Assembly (NCBI GenBank): GCA_037446815.1
Contig: JBBIHX010000018.1
Location: 1-34,017 of the forward strand
DNA: 34,017 nucleotides
Source of the DNA: Caldilineae bacterium
GTDB taxonomy: Bacteria; Chloroflexota; Anaerolineae; DTLA01
Reading direction: 5' to 3'
The notes beneath the pieces are model-generated. The model did no database searches, was not told the DNA's origin, and saw only the letters and a list, made by a program, of their open reading frames with translations. Position 1 is the first letter of the stretch, and every line of letters begins with the position of its first letter. Both the position numbers and the translations under genes were made by a program. Below, one piece after another: positions 1 to 8,909 of the stretch.

Positions 1-9
1 GCCTTTTTG

Positions 10-63
10 CCTACGGGTACAACCCTACAGCGGCTAACAGATCGGTCGCCCCTACGCGGTAGG
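10..63. repeat. Cluster of GTAG/CTAC-terminated REP-like remnants
   Basis: CCTAC at 10-14, 24-28 (GGGT-ACA-ACCC-TAC) and 51-55 (ATCGGTCGCCCCTAC); GTAGG at 59-63. Confidence 0.45.
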
Positions 64-101
64 AACGTATCCACGGATGGGGCGGATGGACACGGGGTCG
101 T

Positions 102-3100
102 TCAGGGGAGCGGCCAGTCCGGAATGGCCTCGTCAATCTCCTCCATCAGGCGGAGGGTCTCCGCCAGGGCCACGACAACCCGCTGGTAGTGGACGACGTC
201 CTGCGCCGAGAGGCGTCGGCCCTTGCGGTCCTTCAGCCACTTCTCGCATACCTGGTACCCGCCGACCTGGAACTCCCACACGTCGGGCGGGACGCCCTCA
301 AAGTACTGGGTCTTGTTGATGTACACGCGGCCTGGGGCGTCGTCGCGGGGCGGTTCGTACCGCACCTGGGCCACCTCGTTGTCGCCCTCCACGGGGAAGC
401 GGGTCATCAGCGCGTCCAGCGCGGGCGATTCCAGCAGGTGCAGCGCGACGAGCGCCTCGCCCTTCGCGGCCAGCGCGCGGAACAGCGCCGCGTCCGACGT
501 GAGGGGCACGCGCGGGAAGTCGGTCTTCAGGAATTCGGCGTACCGCTCGCGGTAGGTGGGCGAGTGGAAGATGGCGTAGATGTAGTGGAACACGTCCTCG
601 GGGCCGAAGGTGGTTTGCAGGTCGCCCTTGCCGTCGGGCACGAACGCCATGCCCAACTTCTCGCGCAGCGCCGCCACGAACGCGGGCGACAGGTTGGCGC
701 GGCGGGTTGCGTACTCGCCCTTGGGCTCCAGCAGCGCCATCATGACGGCCTTGCCGCCCCCGCGCATGGGCCTCTCCTTCTTGTTCTCGGCGTAAAGGTA
801 GAGGGGGAAGAGCGAGTCAATGGTCTTCAGCGAGATGGCGACGTGCTCCACGATAAGGCGAGTGCATAGCACATGCTGCCAATCGCCCATGACCTCCACC
901 CTGCGCGGCAAGACGAGCCCCAGGTTCTGCCCCGCGAGCATGTGGCGCATGACTTCGGGGCGGGGCCTGCAGATGAAGCCCCGCGTCTGGCCCGTATAGT
1001 AGGTATGGCGCACATCAAAGGGGCGGTACAGGATCGGCACCACATTGCGGCGGTTAGGCCCGCTCGCTTTCACGTCTTCTTGAGCAAGCCGCACCTTCCA
1101 GTCGCGGGCATCCTTGCCCAGCGCATAGCTCTCACGCGCCTCTTCCTCCGGAAGCCTCGCGAAGTCCTGTACTGTCGCCCATACTTCGTCGGGCGACCAG
1201 TGTATAGTTAGATGGTCGCGTGCTGTAACCACGCCCACCGAGTTCACCGGAAAGATGTCCGTTACCTTCCAGCCCTGCTCGTATTCCGCCAGCAGGTTCA
1301 CGTCGCGCGGGACGAAGAGGTAGAAGGGCGACCGGGGCGATAACTCCGTCCACGGCGTGGTGAACACGTCCATCTCAAACAGTTGGCGGTATTTGCCGTC
1401 GCGGGAGCCCCACAGGTCGGCGTGGTGGACGCGGGCGGGGCCGGCCTTGCCGCGCTCCTTGACGAAGATGCCGATGGCGACGCCCTGCTGGATGTCAAAG
1501 ACGTTTTCGTCCTTGGAGCCGTCGGGCGCGGCCTCTTTCTTTTTGACGTTGCCGTGGAGGTCCAGGATGTAGATGTCGGTGAAGGCCTGCATCAGGTGCT
1601 GGCGCATTCCGCGGAAGGTGGGGTTGTCCAGGTAGCCGTGGTTGGTGATGAAGGCCAGGATGCCGGCGCCGGTCTTCTCAATGCGCCACTGACCCCAGCG
1701 GATGAATTTTACATAATCGTCTTGCAGCCATTTGGGGTTGCGCTCGCCCAGGGGCTTGCCGTCCACGAAGTAGTATTCGCGCACAAGGGCGCCGATGAAG
1801 GTGGGCACGCGCTTGCCGTCCTTGACCTCCCAACTGCGGTTGGCCGAGTGGCCCGAGTAGGGCGGGTTGCCGAGGACCACCATGATGGGCTTGTCGCGCT
1901 TGACGGCGGCGGCTTCCTCGGCCTCTTCGCCGATCATGCGCCAGCCGAACAGGTCTTGGGCGCGCTGCTCCGCGTCTTCCAGCGTGTTGGTGAGGTAGAT
2001 GCCCAGGCGCTTGCCGGTGAAGGCGTAGCGCAGTTCGCGGAGGAGGACGCCCAGTTTCATGTGGGCCACGGCGTAGGGGGCCATCAGGAGTTCAAACCCG
2101 AAGACGCGGGACAGGAGGTACTCGTCCACGTACTGGGGCCACAGGCCGCGCTGGCCCATCTGCACGAGGGCGTCGTAAATCTGCTGCACGACGAAGTACA
2201 GGAAGGTGGCCGTGCCCGCGGCGGGGTCCAGGATGTACACGTTCTTGTCCCGCTCGGCCAGGCCCCAGGCGCAACCGAAGCGGCGCTTGAGCAGGGCGTC
2301 CACCGAGCGCACGATGTAGGACACGACGGGCTCGGGCGTGTAGTAGACGCCGCGGGTCTCGCGCAGTTGGGGGTCGTAGGCGGCGAGGAACGTCTCGTAG
2401 AAGTGGACGACGGGGTCCTCCTGCCGCGTGCGCCTGCCGAAATCGGCCAGAATCGCGCTCATGTCGGCGTGGGCCAGCAGTTGCACCAGGTCGTCCACGA
2501 ATGGGGCGTGCGGCTCGTCGTCCATGTCGGGGCCGGTGATGGCGTAGAAGAACTTGCGCAGGAAGGGGTTCGTCTTGGGGATGAGGTTCTGCGCCGCCTG
2601 GCGGGTGAATTCGGCGGAGGCGTCCATGGCCCGCGCCGAGAACAGGCCGTAGGCGACGGTCTGGGCGTACATGTCGGCAAACTCGCCGACCTTGTCGGGC
2701 CGGTCCAGGTCGGGCATGAGGGTAACGGCGAAGGCGCGCCGCAGGTCCTGGAGCATGGGCGACGCGTGGTCGCTCTGGAAGGCTTCTACGATGATGTCGC
2801 GGATGAGGTGGGTGAGGCGGGCCATGCGCTCGGCCAGTTCCTTGGGGGTGGCGATGGGCTGGGGCGCGTGGGCCAGGAAATCTTTCAGCAGCATCGGCAA
2901 GGCCTCGGCCCCATGCTTGTTGTGCATCAACTTGCCGCCTGGACCGACTCTGGCCACCTGCGCCGAACCGCGAAACTCCCCGTCCACGTACCAGCGGAAC
3001 TCCAGGTAGTCGGTGAGGATGAGGTTGCCGAGGGAGCGCAAGTAGCGGCGCAGTTGGTCGGAACGCTCGGCCTCGTCCAGCGACTCGCCCACATCCTTGG

Positions 3101-3314
3101 TCTCCACATAGCCGATGGTAACGGGTCCGGGCAGGCGGGACACGCGGAAGTCGGGCGCGCCGCATTCCACGCGCTTGGGTTCGTTGACGGCGCGGATGTC
3201 GCGCGCGAGGGATTCCAGCAGCGTTTTGAGCGCGGGGCGGTGGGTGTGCTCGGTGGCGTCGCCCGCCTTCAGGTTGGCCTCCACGGCTTGCAGGTATTCG
3301 CGGATCGGGTTCAT
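102..3314 (-). CDS. Single-chain restriction-modification enzyme (Type IIG/IIC-like): PD-(D/E)xK nuclease, N6-adenine methyltransferase and Type ISP-like C-terminal specificity region; no helicase
   Basis: N-terminal APDF...GYVETK nuclease motif; GVYYTP; motif I ILDPAAGTATF; motif IV GNPPY; C-terminal YRERYAEFLKTDFPRVP and VWEFQVGGYQVCEKWLKDRK. Start placed at ATG 3314, preceded by a GGGAG RBS. Confidence 0.85.
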   Translation of the reverse strand: MNPIREYLQAVEANLKAGDATEHTHRPALKTLLESLARDIRAVNEPKRVECGAPDFRVSRLPGPVTIGYVETKDVGESLDEAERSDQLRRYLRSLGNLILTDYLEFRWYVDGEFRGSAQVARVGPGGKLMHNKHGAEALPMLLKDFLAHAPQPIATPKELAERMARLTHLIRDIIVEAFQSDHASPMLQDLRRAFAVTLMPDLDRPDKVGEFADMYAQTVAYGLFSARAMDASAEFTRQAAQNLIPKTNPFLRKFFYAITGPDMDDEPHAPFVDDLVQLLAHADMSAILADFGRRTRQEDPVVHFYETFLAAYDPQLRETRGVYYTPEPVVSYIVRSVDALLKRRFGCAWGLAERDKNVYILDPAAGTATFLYFVVQQIYDALVQMGQRGLWPQYVDEYLLSRVFGFELLMAPYAVAHMKLGVLLRELRYAFTGKRLGIYLTNTLEDAEQRAQDLFGWRMIGEEAEEAAAVKRDKPIMVVLGNPPYSGHSANRSWEVKDGKRVPTFIGALVREYYFVDGKPLGERNPKWLQDDYVKFIRWGQWRIEKTGAGILAFITNHGYLDNPTFRGMRQHLMQAFTDIYILDLHGNVKKKEAAPDGSKDENVFDIQQGVAIGIFVKERGKAGPARVHHADLWGSRDGKYRQLFEMDVFTTPWTELSPRSPFYLFVPRDVNLLAEYEQGWKVTDIFPVNSVGVVTARDHLTIHWSPDEVWATVQDFARLPEEEARESYALGKDARDWKVRLAQEDVKASGPNRRNVVPILYRPFDVRHTYYTGQTRGFICRPRPEVMRHMLAGQNLGLVLPRRVEVMGDWQHVLCTRLIVEHVAISLKTIDSLFPLYLYAENKKERPMRGGGKAVMMALLEPKGEYATRRANLSPAFVAALREKLGMAFVPDGKGDLQTTFGPEDVFHYIYAIFHSPTYRERYAEFLKTDFPRVPLTSDAALFRALAAKGEALVALHLLESPALDALMTRFPVEGDNEVAQVRYEPPRDDAPGRVYINKTQYFEGVPPDVWEFQVGGYQVCEKWLKDRKGRRLSAQDVVHYQRVVVALAETLRLMEEIDEAIPDWPLP

Positions 3315-3354
3315 GGCACGCTCCCGCACAGGATTCGCATTGTACGCCTGGGCT

Positions 3355-3365
3355 ATTATACCACA
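3355..3365 (-). promoter_or_regulatory. Extended -10 promoter candidate for the R-M gene
   Basis: Minus strand reads TGTGG-TATAAT about 40 nt upstream of ATG 3314; no good -35. Confidence 0.55.
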
Positions 3366-3419
3366 GGTTTGGCGATTGCGCTCATCCGTTCCAGCGCATG
3401 GATGGCAAGGGAATTGTGG

Positions 3420-3462
3420 GGGCAGGTCGGGCAGGTCGGGCAGGTCTGAGACCTGCCCCTAC
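3420..3462 (-). repeat. GTAG-type REP palindrome with a triplicated arm
   Basis: GGGCAGGTC x3 (3420-3446), then TGA-GACCTGCCC-CTAC; the minus strand reads GTAG-GGGCAGGTCT-C-AGACCTGCCC. Confidence 0.75.
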
Positions 3463-3483
3463 GATTGCGCGGCGCGGCCGGAT

Positions 3484-3511
3484 TTGACAACGGGTGCAGG
3501 GCGCGTATAAT
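3484..3511 (+). promoter_or_regulatory. Sigma70-type promoter of the IclR/methyltransferase operon
   Basis: TTGACA (3484-3489), 16-bp spacer, TATAAT (3506-3511). Confidence 0.8.
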
Positions 3512-3550
3512 TGTTGCGCGACGTGTAACAGTGTTCCGCATTGCGCAACA
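3512..3550. promoter_or_regulatory. Two tandem palindromic operators TGTT-N11-AACA (probable IclR sites)
   Basis: TGTTGCGCG-A-CGTGTAACA (3512-3530) and TGTTCCGCA-T-TGCGCAACA (3532-3550), directly downstream of the -10 box. Confidence 0.7.
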
Positions 3551-3579
3551 CCGCGGCCTGAGGAAGGGAAAGGCTTCTC

Positions 3580-4368
3580 ATGGCAGACCGCCGAGAGCCA
3601 ACGGTGCAATCCGTAGAGCGGGCCATCGCTATCCTGCGATCCTTCTCCCGCGAGAAGCCCGAGCGCGGCGTCACCGAACTGAGCCGGGAACTCGGCGTCC
3701 ACAAGAGCACCGTGTTCCGTCTGTTGGCGACGCTGGAGCGCCACGGCCTGGTGGCCCGCAACCCAGAGACGGAGCGGTACCGCCTGGGGCTGGACCTGCT
3801 CATCCTTGCGGCGCAGGTGGTGGAGCACCTGGACCTGCGCGAGATCGCCCGCCCTCACTTGCGCGATCTGTCCGAACGTTGCCAAGAGACCGTGAACCTG
3901 GCCATCCTCCATGAGGGGCAGGTGATGGACATTGAACAATTCGCGCCACCAGTGCGAAGCGTCAAGAACATCGGCTGGGTTGGCCGCCGGATGCCGCCCC
4001 ACTGCACGGCGGCCGGCAAGGTGCTGCTGGCCCATCTCCCGCGGGACAGGCTGGAGCGGTTCCTACAGTCCCGGCTGGAGCGCCTGACCCCCCGAACCAT
4101 CACAGCCCCCGAACGCCTGCGCGAGGAATTGGAGCGCGTGCGCGCCCTGGGGTACGCCATCGCGGAGGAGGAACTGGAAGACGGGCTGAACGCGCTGGCG
4201 GCGCCGATTTACGACCACACCGGCGCGGTGAATGCCGCCGTGAGCCTGGCCGGGCCGGCGTTCCGCATCCCGCCGGCGATGTTCCCGCACCTGGCGGGGC
4301 TGCTTCTGGACACGTGCGCCCGAATCTCGGCCGAATTGGGATACCGACCGGACCGCGCGCATCCCTGA
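3580..4368 (+). CDS. IclR-family transcriptional regulator
   Basis: VQSVERAIAIL...GVTELSRELGVHKSTVFRLLATL HTH; HCTAAGKVLLA; GYAI...EELEDGLNALAAPI effector domain. Confidence 0.95.
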   Translation: MADRREPTVQSVERAIAILRSFSREKPERGVTELSRELGVHKSTVFRLLATLERHGLVARNPETERYRLGLDLLILAAQVVEHLDLREIARPHLRDLSERCQETVNLAILHEGQVMDIEQFAPPVRSVKNIGWVGRRMPPHCTAAGKVLLAHLPRDRLERFLQSRLERLTPRTITAPERLREELERVRALGYAIAEEELEDGLNALAAPIYDHTGAVNAAVSLAGPAFRIPPAMFPHLAGLLLDTCARISAELGYRPDRAHP

Positions 4369-4418
4369 CGCTGGGGCAGGGGGCCGTCCGGCAGATTCTG
4401 CTGTCATAGGAGACGCGT

Positions 4419-5291
4419 ATGGAGACTGTTCTGAGGAGTGCCCGTAAGACCGTCGTCATCGGCCCGGACAAGCCGACCGTCCTCATCGGCGAGCGCATCA
4501 ATCCCACGGGCAAGAAGCGCCTGGCGGCCGCGTTGGCCGAGGGCAACCTGGACATCGTGCGCCAGGAGGCCGAGGCGCAGGTGGATGCGGGCGCGGATGT
4601 CCTGGACGTGAACGTTGGGGCCGCGGGGATTGATGAGGTGGATTTGCTCCCCAAGGCCGTGAAGTTGGTGGCCGAGACGGTGGACGTTCCGCTGTGCGTG
4701 GACAGCGCGAACCCTGCTGCTCTGCGCGCTGCTCTGACGCTGTACCGCGAGTTGGTGCCCAACGGCAAGCCGCTGGTGAACTCGGTCAACGGCGAGGCGG
4801 CGAGCATGGAGCGCGTCCTGCCGCTGGTGGCCGAATTCGGGACGGCGGTCATCGGCCTGGCGATGGACGAGGGCGGCATTCCTCCGACGGCAGAGGGCCG
4901 GCTGGCCGTGGCCCGTCGCATCGTGGAGCGCGCCGAGGCGTTGGGCATCCCGCGCCAGGATGTGGTGATTGACTGCCTGGCGCTGACCGTGGGGGCCGAC
5001 TCGCGCGCGGGCCTGGTTACCCTGGATGCCATCCGCATGGTGCGCGAGGAGTTGGGCGTGAACATGACGCTGGGGGCGAGCAACGTCTCCTTTGGCCTGC
5101 CGGAGCGCGAGACCATCAACTGGGTGTTCCTCGCGATGGCCATTGAGCGCGGGGTGAACTGCCCGATTGTGGATGTGGCCAAGGTGCGGCCCGCCGTCCT
5201 GGCAACCGACCTGCTGCTGGGGCGCGATGAGTACGCGATGCGCTATCTCAAGGACTACAAGAAGCGCCTGAAGGCCACGCAGGCCAAGTAG
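4419..5291 (+). CDS. Pterin-binding methyl-corrinoid:tetrahydrofolate methyltransferase (MT2; MetH-pterin/AcsE-like)
   Basis: IGERINPTGKK, DVNVG, LCVDS, VNSVNGE and LGASNVSFGLPER motifs; AGGAG RBS. Confidence 0.9.
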   Translation: METVLRSARKTVVIGPDKPTVLIGERINPTGKKRLAAALAEGNLDIVRQEAEAQVDAGADVLDVNVGAAGIDEVDLLPKAVKLVAETVDVPLCVDSANPAALRAALTLYRELVPNGKPLVNSVNGEAASMERVLPLVAEFGTAVIGLAMDEGGIPPTAEGRLAVARRIVERAEALGIPRQDVVIDCLALTVGADSRAGLVTLDAIRMVREELGVNMTLGASNVSFGLPERETINWVFLAMAIERGVNCPIVDVAKVRPAVLATDLLLGRDEYAMRYLKDYKKRLKATQAK

Positions 5292-5323
5292 CCCGCGGCA
5301 CACGATTCTCGGCGAGGATTGCA

Positions 5324-6031
5324 GTGCCCACCGTCGTGCGCGATATTCCCATAACCCTGACCCCCGACGCGCTCTTGGAATCCCAGGCGCGCAAGGGACG
5401 GCCCGCGCTCCAGAAGCCCCTGGCGCGCCGCTCGGCGGAGCAGGCTGTCGCCATGGCCCTGGCGTTGGCGCGCCCGGCGGCGGTCTGGGATGAGTTCGCC
5501 GTGGCGAGCGTGTCGGACGGCGTCCTCGCGTTGGAGTCCCCCGCCGGCGTGCGCCACCTGACGATGGGACAAGGCGTCGGTCTCCTGCGGGAGGCGCGCC
5601 GAGTCTTCGTCGCCGTTTGGACCATTGGGCCGGAACTGGAGGCCCGCGTGAACCAATTGCAGCGCCAGGGGGATACCCTCTTGGCGTTCATGCTGGACGC
5701 GGCGGGCGTGCTGGCCCTGGGGGCGGTGGGCGAGGCGGTGCGGCGAATCGCCGAGGAGCGCGCGGCGGGGCAGGGTTGGGGCGTGTCGCCCGCGCTCAGC
5801 CCTGGGTCGCTCGTCGGGTGGCCGGTGGATGGGCAGCGGGACCTGTGCGCGCTCCTGCCGTTGCGCGAGATCGGCGTGGAACTGTCGCCCTACTGCGTGC
5901 TGCAGCCCCACAAGTCGTGCTCGGTGCTCATCGGGAGCGGGCCTGGCCTCCCGTCCAAGCACGTGGGCGCGCTGTGCCGCTACTGCTCGCTGGCCGAGAC
6001 CTGCTGGCGCAGGCGGGAGGACGCCGAATGA
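5324..6031 (+). CDS. Stand-alone MetH reactivation-domain-like protein
   Basis: AVWTIGPELE, LLAFMLDAAG, SPG...WPVDGQ, IGVEL...LQPHKSCS, C-terminal CxxCxxxxxCxxR; GTG start. Confidence 0.75.
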   Translation: MPTVVRDIPITLTPDALLESQARKGRPALQKPLARRSAEQAVAMALALARPAAVWDEFAVASVSDGVLALESPAGVRHLTMGQGVGLLREARRVFVAVWTIGPELEARVNQLQRQGDTLLAFMLDAAGVLALGAVGEAVRRIAEERAAGQGWGVSPALSPGSLVGWPVDGQRDLCALLPLREIGVELSPYCVLQPHKSCSVLIGSGPGLPSKHVGALCRYCSLAETCWRRREDAE

Positions 6032-8043
6032 CCGTCGCGCTTGGCATTGACACGGGCGGGACCTACACGGACGCCGCGCTGGTGCGGGAGCGCACGGGCG
6101 AGGTGCTCCATTCGGCCAAGGCGCTGACCACGCGCTGGGACCTGTCCATCGGCATCGGCGAGGCGATTGCGGCGGTGTTGGCGTCAGGGGCGGCGTCGCC
6201 TTCGGACATCAGTTTGGTGGCCCTGTCCACGACGCTGGCGACCAACGCCATCGTGGAAGGCCAGGGCAGCCCCGCGTGCCTCATCCTCATCGGCTACGAC
6301 CGCGACTTGATGCGCGAGTTCGGATTTGAGGGCGCGCTGGTAACGCCCGACGTGGCCTACGTGGGGGGCGGGCACGACGCCATGGGCGATGAGGTGTCGC
6401 CGCTGGACGAAGACGGCCTGCGGCAGGCCGTCGCGGCGCGGATGGGGCGGGTGGGCGCGTTCGCGGTCTCCGGCTACTTCGCGACGCGCAACCCCTCGCA
6501 TGAACTGCGGGCGCGGGCCATCATTGAGGAGATGACCGCGTCGGCCTCGGATGGCGGCAATCCCCTGCCGGTAACGTGCGGGCACGAACTGTCGGCGCAA
6601 CTGAACGCGGTGCGCAGGGCCACCACGGCGGCGCTGAATGCGCGGCTTATCCCCCTGCTGCAAGATCTCATTTCCACCGTGCGGCGGACGCTAGAGGCGC
6701 ACGGGATTTCCGCTCCCCTCATGGTGGTGAAGGGCGACGGGTCGCTTGTGTCCGCCGAGTGGGCGATGCGCCGCCCGGTGGAAACGATTCTTTCGGGCCC
6801 GGCGGCCAGTGCGGTTGGCGCGTGGCATCTGGCCGGCCGCCAAGATGTGTGGGTGGTAGATGTAGGCGGGACGACGACCGACATCGCCGCGCTGCGAGGC
6901 GGCCGCCCGCGCCTGAACCCCGAAGGGGCGCGCGTGGGCCAGTGGCAGACCATGGTGGAGGCGGTGGATGTGCGGACGACCGGCCTGGGCGGCGACAGCC
7001 TGGTGCGCGTGGACGGGGAGCGGCGACTCCACATCGGGCCGGGCCGCGTTGTGCCCCTGTGCCTGCTGGCCGCGCAGTACCCGGACGTGCTGGCGGAATT
7101 GGAGCGCCAGGCCGCCAAAGCGGCGGATGAGCCCTGGACAGGACAGTTTGCGCTGGTGCAGGGCCGGCCAGTGAACGCGCTCTCGGAAGAAGAGTCGCGC
7201 TTGCTCCGCAGCCTGGGCCAGGCTCCCAAGCCGCTGTCGGCGTTGCTGCGCGAGGAGGGGTACCCGCTGGTTGCCCTGCGGCGGCTGGAGCGATTGGAGG
7301 CCATGCGCATCGTGATGCGGGCCGGGTTCACGCCCACCGACGCGCTCCATGTGCTGGGGCGCTTCCGCGAGTGGGATGAGCGAGCGTCGCTGCTGGGCGC
7401 GCGCGTCCTCGCAAGGCTGGCGGGATGCTCCGCCGAGGCGCTGTGCGAGCGCGTGGTGGAGCAGGTGTCGGCGCGGATTGCGAAGGAACTCGTTGCCAAG
7501 GTTCTGGGGGATGAGGGCGTCGCGGTGGATTGGGCCGGCGCTGCCGAAGAAGCGTTCTTCGCGCGCGCCACGGACAGTGGGGCGAATTCTAGCCTGGGGT
7601 GTCGCCTGTTCCTGCGGGAGCCTATCGTGGGCATCGGCGCGCCGGCAGAAGCCTACATGCCCCGCGTGGCCGAACTCCTTCACACCGACCTTATCATCCC
7701 CGAACATGCCGAGGTGGCGAATGCGGTCGGGGCCGTCGCGGGCGGCGTGATCCAGCGGTGGCGGGTCATGGTGCAGCCGCTCCCCGGCGGCGAGGCGTTC
7801 CGAGCGCACCTGCCCGACGGGGTGCGGGATTTCGCCACCGTGGAGGACGCCGTGGCCTACGCCGAGCGGACGGTTCCCGCCGCGTTGGAGGCGACGGTGC
7901 GCCAGGCGGGGGCGGCGCACGTGGAGGTGCACGTAGCGCGGGAAGACCGCGTCGCCGTGGCGCAGGCGGGATGGGGCCAGGAAATCTATCTATGCACGGA
8001 ACTTACGTTCACCGCAGCGGGGCGACCGAGTCCGGCGCGGTGA
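6028..8043 (+). CDS. Hydantoinase/oxoprolinase A-family (ASKHA-type ATPase) protein, with no B subunit in the window
   Basis: GIDTGGTYTD, STTLATNAIVEG, ETILSGPAAS, DVGGTTTD, GLGGDS, FTPTDALHV, VANAVGA; GGAGG RBS and ATGA overlap at 6028-6031. Confidence 0.88.
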   Translation: MTVALGIDTGGTYTDAALVRERTGEVLHSAKALTTRWDLSIGIGEAIAAVLASGAASPSDISLVALSTTLATNAIVEGQGSPACLILIGYDRDLMREFGFEGALVTPDVAYVGGGHDAMGDEVSPLDEDGLRQAVAARMGRVGAFAVSGYFATRNPSHELRARAIIEEMTASASDGGNPLPVTCGHELSAQLNAVRRATTAALNARLIPLLQDLISTVRRTLEAHGISAPLMVVKGDGSLVSAEWAMRRPVETILSGPAASAVGAWHLAGRQDVWVVDVGGTTTDIAALRGGRPRLNPEGARVGQWQTMVEAVDVRTTGLGGDSLVRVDGERRLHIGPGRVVPLCLLAAQYPDVLAELERQAAKAADEPWTGQFALVQGRPVNALSEEESRLLRSLGQAPKPLSALLREEGYPLVALRRLERLEAMRIVMRAGFTPTDALHVLGRFREWDERASLLGARVLARLAGCSAEALCERVVEQVSARIAKELVAKVLGDEGVAVDWAGAAEEAFFARATDSGANSSLGCRLFLREPIVGIGAPAEAYMPRVAELLHTDLIIPEHAEVANAVGAVAGGVIQRWRVMVQPLPGGEAFRAHLPDGVRDFATVEDAVAYAERTVPAALEATVRQAGAAHVEVHVAREDRVAVAQAGWGQEIYLCTELTFTAAGRPSPAR

Positions 8044-8088
8044 GTGTGAGGATAAACAACACAACATATCAGTGGAGGATGAACGAAA

Positions 8089-8721
8089 ATGGCAGACATT
8101 CTACAAAAAATCGCGAGCAAGTTGTACGAGGGCGAAGACGAGGAAGTGGCAGAACTGGTTCAGCGGGCGCTGGACTCCGGCCTGACGCCCAAGGAGATTC
8201 TCCAGGATGGCCTCATTGCCGGCATGGATCAGGTGGGCAAGGACTTCAAGGCCGGCGACCTGTTCGTGCCCGAGGTGCTCATCGCGGCGCGCGCCATGCA
8301 CGCGGGGATGAACGTGCTGCGCCCGCTCCTGGCGGCCAGCGATTCGCCGACGGTGGGCAAGTACGTCATCGGCACGGTGAAGGGGGACCTGCACGACATC
8401 GGCAAGAACCTGGTGAAGATGATGCTGGAAGGCGCCGGGTTTGAGACGGTGGACCTTGGCACGGACGTGGCGCCCGAGGCGTTCGTGAAGGCGGTGCAGG
8501 AGCACAAGCCGCGCATCGTCGGCATGAGCGCGCTGCTCACGACGACCATGGTGAACATGAAGACGACCATTGACGCGCTCCAGGAGGCCGGGCTGCGGGA
8601 TTCGGTCAAGATCATGGTGGGTGGCGCGCCGGTAACGGCGGCTTTCGCCCAGCAGATCGGCGCCGACGCCTACGCGCCGGATGCCGCCACGGCGGTGGAT
8701 GTGGCGCGCAAGTTGGCGTAG
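8089..8721 (+). CDS. Corrinoid (cobalamin-binding) protein, MttC/MtbC/MtqC family
   Basis: Cap FVPEVLIAARAM; GTVKGDLHDIGKNLV (DxHxxG); MSALLTTTM; IMVGGAPVT. Confidence 0.95.
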   Translation: MADILQKIASKLYEGEDEEVAELVQRALDSGLTPKEILQDGLIAGMDQVGKDFKAGDLFVPEVLIAARAMHAGMNVLRPLLAASDSPTVGKYVIGTVKGDLHDIGKNLVKMMLEGAGFETVDLGTDVAPEAFVKAVQEHKPRIVGMSALLTTTMVNMKTTIDALQEAGLRDSVKIMVGGAPVTAAFAQQIGADAYAPDAATAVDVARKLA

Positions 8722-8774
8722 TCGCCCCGCGACGGGGGCCGTGATGGGGAGCGAGGGCGCGGGTCTAGGAGCGC

Positions 8775-8809
8775 GAGATTCTTCGCGGCTTCGCCGCTCA
8801 GAATGACAG
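8775..8809 (+). repeat. REP-like hairpin GAGATTCTTC-[stem-loop]-TCAGAATGACAG, copy 1
   Basis: Flanks identical to the copy at 33972-34006; inner stem GCGGC-TTC-GCCGC. Confidence 0.8.
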
Positions 8810-8909
8810 CCCCGTGGCCTTTCCGTTGGGCGAGGGGGCAGTCTCGGAGCGGGGACTGCCTCGCAAGGGCACGATGAGCATCATGAGATTACGATGAAGG
8901 GAGATTCTT

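Noticed and set aside
102..3314. Complete Type ISP enzyme or BREX/DISARM component
   Set aside because: No helicase/ATPase motifs in the protein and no partner genes in the window, although the region left of base 1 is not visible.
3420..3446. CRISPR array or VNTR
   Set aside because: Only three 9-bp units with no spacers, forming part of a REP palindrome; no cas genes.
5617..6027. N-terminal extension of the hydantoinase-family ORF (808-aa call)
   Set aside because: It overlaps the 5324-6031 gene; family homology, the RBS and the ATGA coupling all point to 6028.
4419..8721. Split methionine synthase or dihydropteroate synthase
   Set aside because: No homocysteine-binding domain gene is in the window, and the MttB/corrinoid context fits a catabolic MT1-corrinoid-MT2 system better.
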